Source of the DNA: Amoeboaphelidium protococcarum X5
Taxonomy: Eukaryota; Fungi; Aphelidiomycota
Length of the DNA stretch: 64,000 bases
Assembly: GCA_023515725.1 (NCBI GenBank)
Contig: JALDTO010000155.1
Coordinates: 965,147-1,029,146 of the forward strand
Reading direction: 5' to 3'
Under the pieces are notes generated by a model. The model worked only from the letters and a program-made list of their open reading frames with translations. It was not told where the DNA came from and made no database searches. Made by a program: the position numbers and the translations under genes. Of this stretch, positions 13,912 through 26,811 are shown piece by piece (positions within the stretch are counted from its first letter, which is position 1; the number at the start of each line of letters is the position of its first letter).

Positions 13912-15765
13912 TCAGTCTTCGAGGTTATCATCTTGCTCTTCAGGTCCATCAATATCAACAATACCATACTCGTCTTCATTGTATGATGGAAAATCAGAAT
14001 TCTCATCATCGCCAAGTAAGTCATAATCTGAGCCTTCAAAATCTTCGTTATTCAATTGATGACCCAGCTCATAGTCATAGACATCGGCGTCATCATCATC
14101 AGTATTGCTATTATTGACAAAGTTGGGATCTAACTGCTTCATTAGAGCGTCCACCTATTGATTCAGGAAATTCTCACGTCTTTGCCCGGTAGTTGTCATT
14201 AAAAGCTCAGTTATAGACTTTGGTTATTATAGAGATAACAGATTGGTCTATCCACTCGATGCCTAACTATTATCTAAAAAAGTCAACTACTAAGTATCAG
14301 CATCCACGATACTATGACTTGATGATTATTACTGATGAACCTCCCGAGATTAATCGCCATCATCATTATCATCATCATCATGGTGCTTATGAGAACGCGT
14401 TGAACTCTAAGCAAGAGAAGCCAAAGACTTTTCTAACAGTGCATCCAGCATCTCATCATCTATGAGAGAGTATGTAGACTGAGACTCGGCCGTGGATACG
14501 ATACTAAGTGTAAATCGCCTCAGTATTGTGAGCATTCGCTGAGTAAAAAATCCAGTATGAACATCAGCAGTTTCCCGTAAACAGTTTCCACTCTGAGATA
14601 GGAGCTGCAGAAATTGAGGTATTCTCACATCAACCATCTGCATAAGTCGTCCACAGAGCTAACGGGGTTGATATGGTATTTGGTCCAATAGATGCTCAGG
14701 CAGAGATACTGGTAGATTATTCACGTATGTTCTGAACTCATCAGCAAAATGCATATCAATATTTCGCACTCGCAATTCTATCAGCTACAGATATCTTGCC
14801 GTACTATCTAAGCGCGGATCATATCCAAATTGGGCCCAACAGAAGCGCCATGGTCCATTCTTGAATCGATACGCAATTTGACCTACGGCATTCTTCAAAG
14901 TCTCCGCTGATACATTCGGTAAAGTCTTTTTGACTTCGCCATGCAATTAATAGAATAACCATAGTGGGCGAGTTTTATCAAATAAAGATTGCACGGTGGA
15001 CATTAACTGTTCGTCCACATGATGTGAACTAGAGGGATCATTATTATTAATGCCATAGGCAGCTGGAGGATTCTGAGGCACGGAAGTGTTATCGTCATAC
15101 TGATACTAAACAAACTTATAGCTATGAGACGCAGAGACATTTTACCGCTATTCGCCTGAATCTTCAGCGTATCTCTCTGAGTAAAGACCATTATGATCAG
15201 CTGTATCAATTGAGGTGGATGAGATATTTCCGTGCTACTTGTACTTGTAATCATATGGCACTTTGACGCGAGAGAATTAGACGGGTATAGGTAGAAGGGA
15301 GCCGTTTTTATGATATTTGGACGCGAAATCTAAATCTTTATCACCTGTGAGTACTTTATCAATAACATCAGTATCACCATCGCCAACAGCCAGCATGAGT
15401 TTGTGAAAATCATCGCCAGCATCCACAGAGTGATACTGAAAATCGGGCATTTCACGAAATCTAACCATCTTCCCTATACTGCCAAGCAGCTCATAACCAT
15501 CGCCCTAATCAGCAGATAGTTTTATCAAATATTAATTGTTGGTAGTCACAGTTTATCCAGCAATTGGATGCGCGCTTATACTGGAAAGTCTCAATCGCAA
15601 ATCCACCTGATGACCATGTTACACCCTTTGATACAGCTCTTACATGCCGCCAAGCATTCGCTCTGCCTTACTAATATTTATGACGTGTCCAGGATATTCT
15701 ACAGCCCATAATTCTGATGAAGGTTCTTCCTAAACGCTTACAATATCATCTTAATCTTCTTCCAT
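13912..15765 (-). CDS. TFC1: TFIIIC subunit Tau95 (TFC1/GTF3C5)
   Basis: VEYPG, FREMPDFQY, YRFKNGPWR.CW..FGYDPR, CSSYL..GNC region and acidic C-terminal tail; 618 codons. Confidence 0.8.
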
Positions 15766-16050
15766 CTCGGTGTTTTGATCGCGATGAAAATTCTAAAAGT
15801 TTTAGTTTAAAGGGGAAAGGAGGGGTTGGCCTTCGTACTTGGATTGCATGCACAATGGTCCGCGAATTCACAAAAGCACGTATAAAATCTACTTCTGTAA
15901 ATACACAACTTAAAAATATATATTTATTCCTAAACTTTCAATCATCAAATCTTTCTAATTAATTTCAGAAAGTCCACTTTGTCTTTTCAATTAATGTGCA
16001 AATGCGAGCCAGTGTGCATTTAATCGTGCGTTCAAACAGTCCAAACTAAC

Positions 16051-17655
16051 TCATAATGATTAATGCTTTTGCAAATTGCGCCCATCAGACGTGGACGCGG
16101 ATGATTATTATTACCATTCATCTTCATCTTCTTGCTGATGATGAAATTATTATTATTATTATCGCGGGTCCACGATTTACCTAAAATGTGCTCCATGACC
16201 TTCTTCTCTCTCTTTTAACTTAATCTGTGACTCTGGAGATGTGCGTTCACTTACCAACTCAGACCCTTCCTCCTCCTCAAATTGCTCTTCCATCTCTGAT
16301 GAGGCTGAAGATTGGCGACGATTCTACAGCTCCTAATCACCAGCAGTGCCGTCATGAATCCGAAAATGTCGACGCAGATTACTCAAAATGCTAAACTTCT
16401 TGCTACAGCCAGGATAAGAACAGACAAACGGCTTCTCACCAGTATGCGCTCTCATATGCTGCGTCAGAGATGATGGTCGAGCAAATCGCTTACCACACAC
16501 ATCACATATATACCGCTTCTTTTCATCAGAATCTTCATAATACATCTACTGTGATACTTGTTACGGAGTTTTGCTATAAGGCCTGCCTGGGATATTGTAC
16601 ACTGCCCAATTACTATTAGATCCCGATTATGCAACATAAGGTGCAGAAGAAGGATAATGTTGTTGTTGATGATGATGATAATGAGCGTAAGGATGAAAGC
16701 CAGCAGGTACGTGAGGGGCAGCATAAGGATGCCAATGTCTGACTGAGTGCATAGCAGGCCTCCATGCAACAGGAGCATTGAAGGGTCCATGAGAATACTG
16801 TGGATTTCCCTACATCGGATGACTATAAGGATGACCGGGATACAGAGGAGGCGCGGTTTGCTAATAATATCCGCCATTACTTTGTATAGGGGCCTGAGGA
16901 GCAGCAACAGGATGCTAGTAAGACGGAAAGGATTACTCATGAAAAGGAAAATCAGCGGGACGACTCAAGATATCGCGAGCATGTTAGCTATAACTTTGAC
17001 TGTCAACTACTCTAATGCCGGGCAGAGAGGGACTACTAACTGACGACTCTTCTCTCTTTAAAGGCTGAGACATATGCGAAGACCCGCTCGCATTCAAATA
17101 CTTTCTACTCATAGGAGAAGCGGGTAGAGACTAAGCAGTAGGAGCATTCCTATCCATCAATTCTGATTAATCAGGCGCATCACAGAATGAAGAATGCTCA
17201 TCAATGTCCCCCAACTTGGACACACTGATGTAAGATTTTTACAAACTTCTTCTAGTATACGAAAGTCTCTACAGAGCCAACTCCAAAGGACTATTCTGAT
17301 CATCATCCAGCAGCGCCCTGATAGAAGTCTTGTCAGAATTAACCAAAGATTGAGCCGATGAATCAGCTTCCTGCACCAAATTACCGGAATTTGTACTGGT
17401 ATTAAGAGAGTCATCAGCGACGGCAACCGAGCTCTAGCTAGTCTCGAGACTTGATCCAGTTGCAGCAGAAGCGGCCTGTCTATACCGATAACTCTCGCTA
17501 GACTCTCTTTGCTCCAAACTGTCCTGATGATCCTGATGATGATGATGATTAACCGATGACTAAGAGAATCGTTGCTAATCTTCCACAGATTGCTGCTCCT
17601 TCATCATCATAGATTGATTAGCAAAAGCCACTAAATTCAATGCATCCATGTTCAT
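16051..17655 (-). CDS. Two-finger C2H2 zinc-finger transcription factor with Q/H/P-rich low-complexity regions
   Basis: [51 protein letters not shown]; frame open from ATG 17655 to TGA 16051; TAA-encoded polyQ. Confidence 0.85.
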
Positions 17656-18522
17656 TCGATCGGTAGAAGTGGTGCGCTAATACACAAGTCCTTCTTTGTG
17701 GCTACTGTTGTTATGTGACAATCCAACAGCACCGTTCAGTTATTCCTAATACTAATGTTGACGTTGCTCTTGTTGCAACTGAGATTAAATGCTCCCTTAA
17801 TTAATGACCATAAGGAATTATTTATTGACGCTGTATATAAATATGCTTAAATTAGATTATAATGGCTCTTCTTGATTCAACAATGTGCGGATATCTTCAA
17901 ATTCAATATACTATGATTAATCAATGTGCGAGCAAAGGGAAAAGCACTTTAACTTAATTCCTACAGCAGCGTAATCGCACAGTTTACGTAAAATCTAATC
18001 CAAAGATTCTTTGACTAAAATAAATGTGTGTGTGTGAACTAGTAGCAATGACGTCGCCAAAATATGCCTTCTTAGCTAATCAAATAGGAGTCCAATCGGC
18101 AATCGGCAATGACGATGATCTTTATGATGATTTTCAAGGAGTCACGTGCAGGTCGCTCGCTCTTCGGTCGCAGTGTAAAATTGCTGAGTACTGTAAAAGA
18201 AAGAAGAAGAAGAGAAGGAAAAAGACTGTGGGCCGAAAAGATTCGTAAGGGGAGGGAGATCATAGTCTAGACTTGTTTGACGATCGATTTTCTCAGATCG
18301 CTCGATTGACTTCACATTCCGTTTTAAACCATTGCCTTTGTTAGTCATCGTCACTAACCATCTGGTTATGAGCAACCAGCAGTGTGACTGTTTGTCAATC
18401 AAATGCTTGTTCAATGTAAATGCTCTTGTGAATCGGATGATGTGAACTTGTTTAAATAAGTTTAAAAAGCAATTTGAAAGCCAATATTAATCGTGCAATA
18501 AAATAATCAATACATTTTTATT

Positions 18523-20979
18523 TCAAAATTAATTCTCAAGACCAAGAGATTTCAAACTTGATTTGTCATGATACTTTGACAGAACCAAATCTAACTCATA
18601 CTTTACAAATGGCTTGGCAATAAAGTCGTCAATACCAGATTGTAGAATCGCCTCCTTGTCTCCAGACATACAGTTGGCAGTGCAGGCAATAATGTACGGT
18701 CTTTAGAACAACTGATACGGTAAGTTGACATGAATAGAGCGCGCCACTTCCATTCCACTGATTCCCGGCAGTCCAATATCAAGCAAGACAAGATCATATC
18801 TCTTACTTTTCGCCAACTATAATGCGCTTTCACCATCATAAGCCATATCGTACTTGTATCCGCTCTTTTACAGCATTTTTGTGATAAGTCTCATGTTGAC
18901 CATATTGTCTTCAACCACTAAAACTGAAGTGTTATCAATCTACTCTTTATCGCTCTGTGATTATCGAGCAGTGATTATTCGCTGAGCTTCACAAAGCCGC
19001 ACCGGGATCTAACAAGACACTTTTGATCCTTTCCCGTATTTTGATTCAACATCCATCTGGCCACCCAAGCGCGCAACAATCTTCTAGCAAACGACGAGGC
19101 CCAGGCCAACAGTCTATTCGTCTTAGCTTAGATTCACTTCGGCGCTTGAATTCCCATTATCACTCGCTTCAACGAGCACTCTGTTTATAAGATCTTCGTC
19201 CATACCGAGACCAGTGTCTGTGACCGTGAGACTAAGGCTATACTTTTTCTCAGTCTCAGTAACCACTTCAGTTACGATAGCTTTTAGAGCAATTTTACCG
19301 GCATCAGTAAACTTCAGAGCATTAGACAACAGATTAACAATGATCTACCGCAGTTTTGATTCATCTGATATCAGAAACAGGTACTAGAGTGCCTTTGACG
19401 GATCAGATGCAAACACACATGAGGCACTTAGCTCCATGTCTTTATGGAGGTTAATCCTAAACATACGAACTATGGATTCAAACAGCGCCACTAAATCAAA
19501 CCGAGTTTCATTAATCACAACATGGCCGTGTCCTCTAGTGTCAATATCGGACTCAATTTTGGCCAATTCCAAAATATCTCCAAGAAGCTCCGCAAGGTAG
19601 CCGCTACTTTCAACAATCTCTTTGACCAACTCTTGCTAGTCTTCATTCAGCTCAGTGTCCTTCAACAGACACGCATTCCCAAGAATTCCATTTAACGGAG
19701 TTCTGATCTCATGCGAAGCACTAGTAAAAAAGTTGGATCTTGCGCGTGATGCCCTTTCGCATTGCTACAATGCAAGCTCCAGCTCTTGATTTCTCTTGGT
19801 GAGCTGTTCTTCCATTTCCTGTTCCTAAGTGACATCAACCATGAAACCATAACAAGACGTGGGATTAAGAGAAGCTTTAGACATTCTGTACTTGATAATT
19901 ATATCTTTGCCGTAACCGCTTTTAACCTACATTTTTCGCTCATAGATACCACCATCCAGCAATGCGGTTTTATAACTCTCAACCTGAGCATCTAATTCAG
20001 GCACACTTTTCCAGCAGCGAACCCAACCCATGCCAGCCAACTCTTCAAATTTATAGCCCAGCAATTTAAGATAAGCTTCATTTCCCCACAGAAGAGCACC
20101 ATCTAAAGTAGTCTCAAGTAGAGCCAGTGGAGATTCATCAACAAGCGCAATAAGACGATTATACTCGTTAAGTAAATCATCATTCTCGACTTCAAAAAAA
20201 CCGCCAACATACAAAACACCATGTTAACTCCTCTCATATACTTCCAGTTTCAACTGACAGGAGCGATGATATCCATTCGGCAACGCGAAATTGCAGAATA
20301 GATTCAGTGGAGTATCGAACTCTTGCAGGTTGTGCATAGCTTTCCGATATTAATGTACAAAACCCTTGTCGATCAGCTGCTCTAAATTCTGCAATGATTG
20401 AAAAACATTACCAGCGTCACAGTATAGATAATCTAAGACCTTGTCATTTCCCCAAGCATACCCAGTCTAGAAGTTCACCTCAAAATAGCCGCCCTAAGAA
20501 AATGCTTCCACCCTTGCAAGTCTGTCATGGTTACGACGGAGATCAGTCGCGTCACAAATTTAGTATTAAAAACAAAGCGAAGTAACACCTTACGCAAAAA
20601 TATCAGCAATTTTCTTCATCGTGATGATCCAAAACATATTCCGACTGTCCGTCCAGGTTTCGATCTACATCTCGCTGTGATGATTCACACTGGCAGCCCT
20701 GCGCAAAATTCGGATAAGCTTTGGCTTCGAAATATGAGTCAGCAGCCCGTGGGGATCCCTTCCACTGGTGCCGCTTGTAATAGCCATGTCATCGGCTTTA
20801 GCATACGAAATACTATCATACCATTTCAAATCCTCAACATTTAATACCTCCGCACTAGTGTTGTCATTCTATGGTGAAGATGTCAATGTCAGATATCCAG
20901 ATGATTCATAATGGAAAGACTCTTCGGCAGAAACCAAGCACCTTATCTCAAATGAATCTTGATTTACTTCAATCATCAT
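18523..20979 (-). CDS. Hybrid sensor histidine kinase (PAS-like x2, HisKA, HATPase, REC)
   Basis: [13 protein letters not shown] (H box), [10 protein letters not shown] (N box), DTGLGM (G1), GLGLVVC (G2), receiver VLVVEDN, LLDIGLP, KP; start codon is the first in-frame ATG. Confidence 0.9.
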
Positions 20980-21420
20980 CAATACTCTAATTTCTACAGC
21001 AATGTGTGCTAAATTAGCGAATCCTATCAGTAATTGTATACGAATAAGCAGATTATCGAATGTTGTGTCTCTTATCAGTTTGCAAATGACAGCGGTGGTC
21101 GCTTCGGTTTGTGTGCGATCAACTAAAATGATGATGTTCAGGAGATCAGCCGGTCCCAGAATCTGTAAATTTTGTAACTTCACTTGTAAACGAGCTAAAA
21201 GATTGCTGAAAATTGGAAGGTATATTTAATTGCTTGAATAGACATCGCTGATATTAGTTTAAAGTCTAAATTCTTTCGCCTGACAAACTAATTGGCGGTT
21301 AAAGTTTACAGACCAGGGGCCAGATCAGATCGATCGTTCCCTGGTCCGCGAGACTCACAGCGATGACAAGCGGCCGGTCCAAAAAGTCTGAGAAACGAAA
21401 ATTCGGTCACATCAAACAGA

Positions 21421-22350
21421 TCACTTCATTGTATTTGAGACACCAACTCTGTTCTAATAACACTGCCAAGCTATTGTATTATATTACGCTGCTCTTTCTT
21501 TAATCTTTTCATACTCGGCCATTTTTTCATCCTCTGAGGTCATATCTTGAATGCGCCCAATAATCCCTCTACCCACTATAATAAGATCACTTTTCAACTC
21601 ATTGATTACGTTTTCAGGAGTGTTGTACTATTAGCCCAATTTGTCATTGGAGGCCTAAATTTAGACTCCAGGAGTCATTACGATCATGTCTACAAACTGC
21701 TCATCAATCTGCTGAGGGCGAGCACCTGCTATGAATCCAATTATAAAGTCTGATCTTTTGCACGCCATCTCAACACACTTCTCAGAGTAGACGCCATTAG
21801 CCAGAGATCCCTTTGAACTCATTTGAGATATCATTAAACATCCGCGCAGATTTTTATCACAGTCAGATGTCGATGGCTATAAGGCTGATTTAAGGCCATC
21901 TACAATTCCATCTCCAGGTACACCGTGAACGTTAATGATGTGAGCCCAGGAGCTGATTCTGTATATTCCATAGCCATACTACATCTTTACCGTGTTTCCA
22001 ATGTCTGCAAACTTGCGATCTTCGAAAATGTAAAACTAGTGCTTCTATGCCAGCGCATTAAGCTTATCAATGAAGGAGTTATGGTTCTAAGAGTCCCATT
22101 GTGGAAAATCCTCAACGATATCAATGTGCAATTTCACCAGAACCACATAAGGACCAACAATGTCCGCAATCCTGAGGATATCTTCGCACCTGGTCACGTC
22201 CAAAGATACGCATAAATTGCTCTTCTTCTGCTCCATCAATTTCAAAAGCGCAATTGCCAGCTTAACCGCTCCATTTGACGGGATTTTATCTAGCAGTGGC
22301 TACCAATACTTGTCAATTCTTTGTGAAAATGTTAAATTTGCAAAGCCCAT
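21421..22350 (-). CDS. URA3: Orotidine-5'-phosphate decarboxylase
   Basis: [41 protein letters not shown] (QQ encoded by TAA TAG), IIVGRG; absent from the ORF track. Confidence 0.95.
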
Positions 22351-22399
22351 AATATTTAAATTAGAAAAGAACTTTATACTGAATATTGTTTATTGAAAT

Positions 22400-23293
22400 T
22401 CAGACCCGCTGAAGAATCAAATTGTCAATTAGACGCGTTTGGCCGAGCTTTATTGCGCCGCTCAAGACGTAGCGCTCACCGCTGATCAAATTTTAGGTTA
22501 CGCTCTACAGAGTATCAGCATTTGAGAGATTAACATACTAAATCTCAATTCCAGACTAAGATTGAAGATACTTCTACACAACAGCCAGTAAATCACTGGT
22601 ACTAGATGCCCCATTCATGAATGCTTCCTGACCAGAGATTAAGGCACGATACAGAACGGGAGCAATTTCACGCTCCTCTGCACTGAGATACTTGTTACGG
22701 GAAGACATTGCGAGTCCATCTTACTCTCTCTCAGTCTCAACACAATTCACCTTGATCTTATCATCCAGTAACAAGTCGCGCACCATATTCTTAACCACTA
22801 GGAATTGTTGATAGTCTTTCTGGCCAAGATACAGATTGTCTGGTTGATCAACAGCATTGAGTAACTTCATGACAACAGTAGCAACTCCACGGAAAAAGTG
22901 CGGTCTCACAGCCCCCTCTTGACCATCTTGAACACCCAAAACTTCAATAAAGGTGCCAACTTGTTCTTGTCGCCGCAGAGAGATGCCTGAAGGATAAATG
23001 TCAGTGATCGGAGGGATCAACACTAAATCACAGCCAGCCTTCTGCAACATTGCAAGATCTGTATCCAAAGTTCGCGGATACTTATCCAAGTCTTCATGAG
23101 GAGCAAATTGTGAGGGATTCACAAATATAGAACTGATGGTGATGTCATTCTCCTCGCGGCTTTTATTGATCAGTTTGATGTGACCCTGGTGAAGAGCGCC
23201 CATAGTGGGAGCAAATCCACGTCTCTTTGTGCGTGACGGATCCATCCTCTTCAAGTACCCTCTGAGCTCTGTCACTGATCTTGCAGCGATCAT
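22400..23293 (-). CDS. PAN6: Pantoate-beta-alanine ligase
   Basis: PTMGALHQGH, FVNPSQF, RPHFFRGVATVV, GQKDYQQ, DGLAMSSRN, TRLIDN. Confidence 0.95.
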
Positions 23294-23734
23294 TTAGCTT
23301 TAAAATCTATATTAATGTGTAAATAACAGTTGTCTGAACTAGGTCGACATTTCAAACAGTTTAAGGATGGTAAGGTCAATCAATGGTGCTGCACATAAGT
23401 GATCACAAGGACGAGGAAAGAGTTTATACGATTCTTTTAAGAGAAACAAAGCGTTGACGTAATTGCTATAAGTATCACACTTTTTCAAACTTTAAAGCGA
23501 CTCTGATATAGCTTAATTGATGCAGTAATAATGCGATTTGTCAGCGGGTGAGTGTATTTTTAGCAACATCATCCTTACTACCTCCAAAGAGTGTTGCTAT
23601 ATTAGGAACGATTTACTCACGCGCGATCAGCTTACTAGAAACGCCCCAATTTTGTCTTTCCTCTTTCGTTTCTGAAATTGCATCACTTTATAAAATTTAA
23701 TATATATACCTCTCTTATAAATCCTCCTAAATCC

Positions 23735-25162
23735 ATGTACTTTACAACTCTATTTCTGTCAATCTTCTATCTGGTATATCAAGCGGGCAAAGGCACATTT
23801 AGAGATTCAGTTTTTAAGCCTTTTGCCCATGACACATTACTGCAGGCTGAGGACGTAGAGACTGGCGCGCCCCTTCGAGCCCTGGATGACGTGTAAATGC
23901 CAATGACCACACAAGGTCGCTGGATAATAGATTAGACTGGTAAACGCGTCAAATTGGCCTGTGTTAATTTTGCTAGTCATATGGAGGCTCTGATTCCAGA
24001 GGGCATGGGAGACCAGCCGCTGCATGTACTGATTGAGAAAATGGCAGAGATGGGCTTTAATTGCGTCAGATTCACAATGAGTGTGGAGATGATTGAGAAA
24101 TTCGATCATCCTATTGATTTGCGCCTGTAGAAATATCTCTCCTCGTAGACTCGTGAGAAACTGTATCAGTTGCATCCAGAGTTTGTGAACGCGACTGTTT
24201 ATGATGTATTTAAGGCAACCATGGATTTACTGAAATAGAACAATCTGATGGTAGTGCTGGATAATCATGTTAGTCGTGCTACTTGGTGCTGTGGTCTGCT
24301 GGATGATAACCGTTGGTGGGACCGTGAATCTTTGAATCTGATTTAATTCTCCTCCGCACCTTCCGCCAGTATTAAATCACGATTCTCTTTATAAGGCAAT
24401 TCTGAGTAATAGGTAATGTTTCCAGCTAATCCTTGGCTTCTATCACTTATCTAAATGGCTGAAGAGGCATCACGTCCAGAGTGGAATCATATCATTGGTA
24501 TTGGTTTAAGAAATGAGGTGCATTCATTTAAATTTGGAAAATCTTAGGAATAGGATTGGTTCAAGTATATGAGGCTAGCTGCTTAGGCTGTTCAACAAGT
24601 CAATCCTGATTTGCTCATAGTTGTCGGTGGATTGTCATCTGCATCATACCTTAAAAATTTGAAGGACTAGGCGTTATTCACAATTGACAATCCGATCAGG
24701 AAGTAGATAGTTTACGAGTTTCATTATTACAACTAGATTTACATATATCCTCTATGGAGGTTGTTTGGCTATAAGCTCACGTGTCATTACATGCACTGGT
24801 TCTTGAACAGTCGTGTTGGCTTCATTATTGATGAACCTAATGATCAGTATACCAATCCTATTTGGCTGTCTGAGTTTGGCGTTCATGTTGAAAAATTGGA
24901 TATTAACAAGCCCAATTCTCCAGATATTTCTTGGTTAAAGTGTCTCTCTGGCTGGATGAATGAACGCGACGTTGATTTCGGTTATTGGGTGTTAAATGGA
25001 CACTATTACGTTAGAGAAGACAAGCTAGATTTTGAAGAATAGTGGGGTCTGTTGAATAGTCCTCATGATGCACACCGAAATGTGGATCTACTTCGTATAT
25101 TACAGTCTTTTATGCGGATTAATCAAGGACCTGGTCTCAACAATGTAACTGTTTAAGCGTGA
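23735..25162 (+). CDS. Secreted glycoside hydrolase family 5, resembling subfamily GH5_11
   Basis: Hydrophobic N-terminus; RWIID..GKRVKLACVN.ASH.E..IPEG, LDNHVSRATWCC, LRNE (acid/base), LSEFG (nucleophile), QGPG end. Confidence 0.88.
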
Positions 25163-25796
25163 ATTGAATATGTGAGTTTGTATATTGATTGGTAGTAACT
25201 TGATTTGTACTTATTCGTCTCTTCATTACTTTTTAATGTCATAAAATACCGTGATGAGCGCTGTTAGTAGAACTTCTTTCCAAAGCACTTCATTCTCGCG
25301 TTGAGTCATGTTAACCAGGGACGCGTTCTCAAGACTATGAAGATTTTCTGAAACCAACTATATACATACCGGCCATACACCCCTGCCCAATCTGACACTG
25401 TAATCAATATGGTATTAGTACTCCTTGATATATCTTTGGAGTTTTATAGCACATTAATCTCACACTATCATGGACGAACTTCTATTGAGCTTCCATCGCT
25501 AAATGTACCTGGAACGCGATTATTTTGTACTTACAGCGCGTTGAATCTGTCACCATGTGTCCAGCTGTGGATTCTGCAGAGGACTTTTAAAAATGAATGC
25601 TTAAAGAGAGTTCAATGAAGTTTATGATATTGGTGGAGGTACTCCCACTGTATATATATGGTCTTTGAAGCAGATGTCTCGGCAGATACAATTTTTGAAA
25701 CCCATCATAGCAAAGCTTTATTCATTCATGTTTGGGATCGTTTCATTCTTTCTTTCTACACGAAGCAACGCGCTATCTCATTTTACAACACTGAAA

Positions 25797-26456
25797 ATGG
25801 CTGAAAATCTACCAGTGCGCTATACCTCTAATATTCCTGCTTTGAACATTGATGGAGTAGATGCTGCAAATCCCATAGTGTAGGGAGATGTTGTTCAAAC
25901 TCAGGACGCCATTGATGCCTCCAATGATGTGAAAGCCGTGAAATTGAAGAGACACATGGGAGAAGTTGATGAAAACGCGGTCATTTAGTCCAAAGTACGA
26001 GCCCATTTAGTTGAGCATGAAGTTGCAAGAATGCTATATCCTGCTGCGAATCCCAATGTTGCCATAGCTCCAGAGTGGGCCGTCCCTTTACTGTAATTGC
26101 CTCGTCAAATGCAAGCCGTCTAGGAATAAGTCCAAGTATCTGAAACGAATTTGAAACGTTAAATCGGCGAAGTGATCATTTCTCAGAAACAGCTCACGAA
26201 TAGTACGCGCGGTGATGGAGCTTTAGTTGCGTTTGTTGAAGTTCCAAAAGTGGATGCAGCTAATGAAAACGCTTTGGTAGTCCCATCTCAACGCAATCTT
26301 CGTGCAATTACTAGCCTAGCTGTGGTAAATGATTTGAGTCGCGATTCACTTATCGCGTACTTGGACTTTTATGGAATGCCCGTACCGAATCAGGGCACTG
26401 TTATTTAGTTCAAGAGAATGCTGCTGTCTCATGTTGGTAGTTCTGTCTCATTATGA
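25797..26456 (+). CDS. Mug135-like protein (coiled coil plus Mug135-like C-terminal domain)
   Basis: APEWA, coiled coil, NSTRGDG...F.EVP...L.AITSL..VNDL....LIAYLDFYG pattern; ATG to TGA, 219 aa. Confidence 0.6.
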
Positions 26457-26811
26457 GGTTCCTCTGATCGTACCTCTCGCTCTCACTCTCTAAGGAAACA
26501 CAGTCAATCATACGGTATAATCTAATCAAAAGTTTAAAAGCAATTTATAGTCCTTTTTTACTTACTTTCAAGTAATTAGAAATAATTTATTATTACAAAA
26601 TTTTACAAAGTGATGGCTCTTACACTAGCCATACGATAAAAGACAAGCAGCAGCTACACTTAATCAAGATGAGGGGAAACCCAACAGTAAGAGAGCTTCG
26701 GTTAGCGAAACGATCGCGAGAAAATTCATCAATTTCTCTCCTCTGCCATTGTTCCTCCCACCTTGTCATATTTTGATATACTGTATTTTTATTACCTGTT
26801 GGAAGTGGAAT

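Noticed and set aside
17656-18522. Short ORFs in the largest intergenic region
   Set aside because: No motifs; better explained as the long promoter/5' UTR of the zinc-finger gene
25220-25560. Possible small minus-strand gene with tiny GTAAGT..CAG and GTATGT..CAG introns
   Set aside because: The 22-26 nt introns do not match the 59-75 nt TGTAG introns seen elsewhere, and no coherent or recognisable protein results
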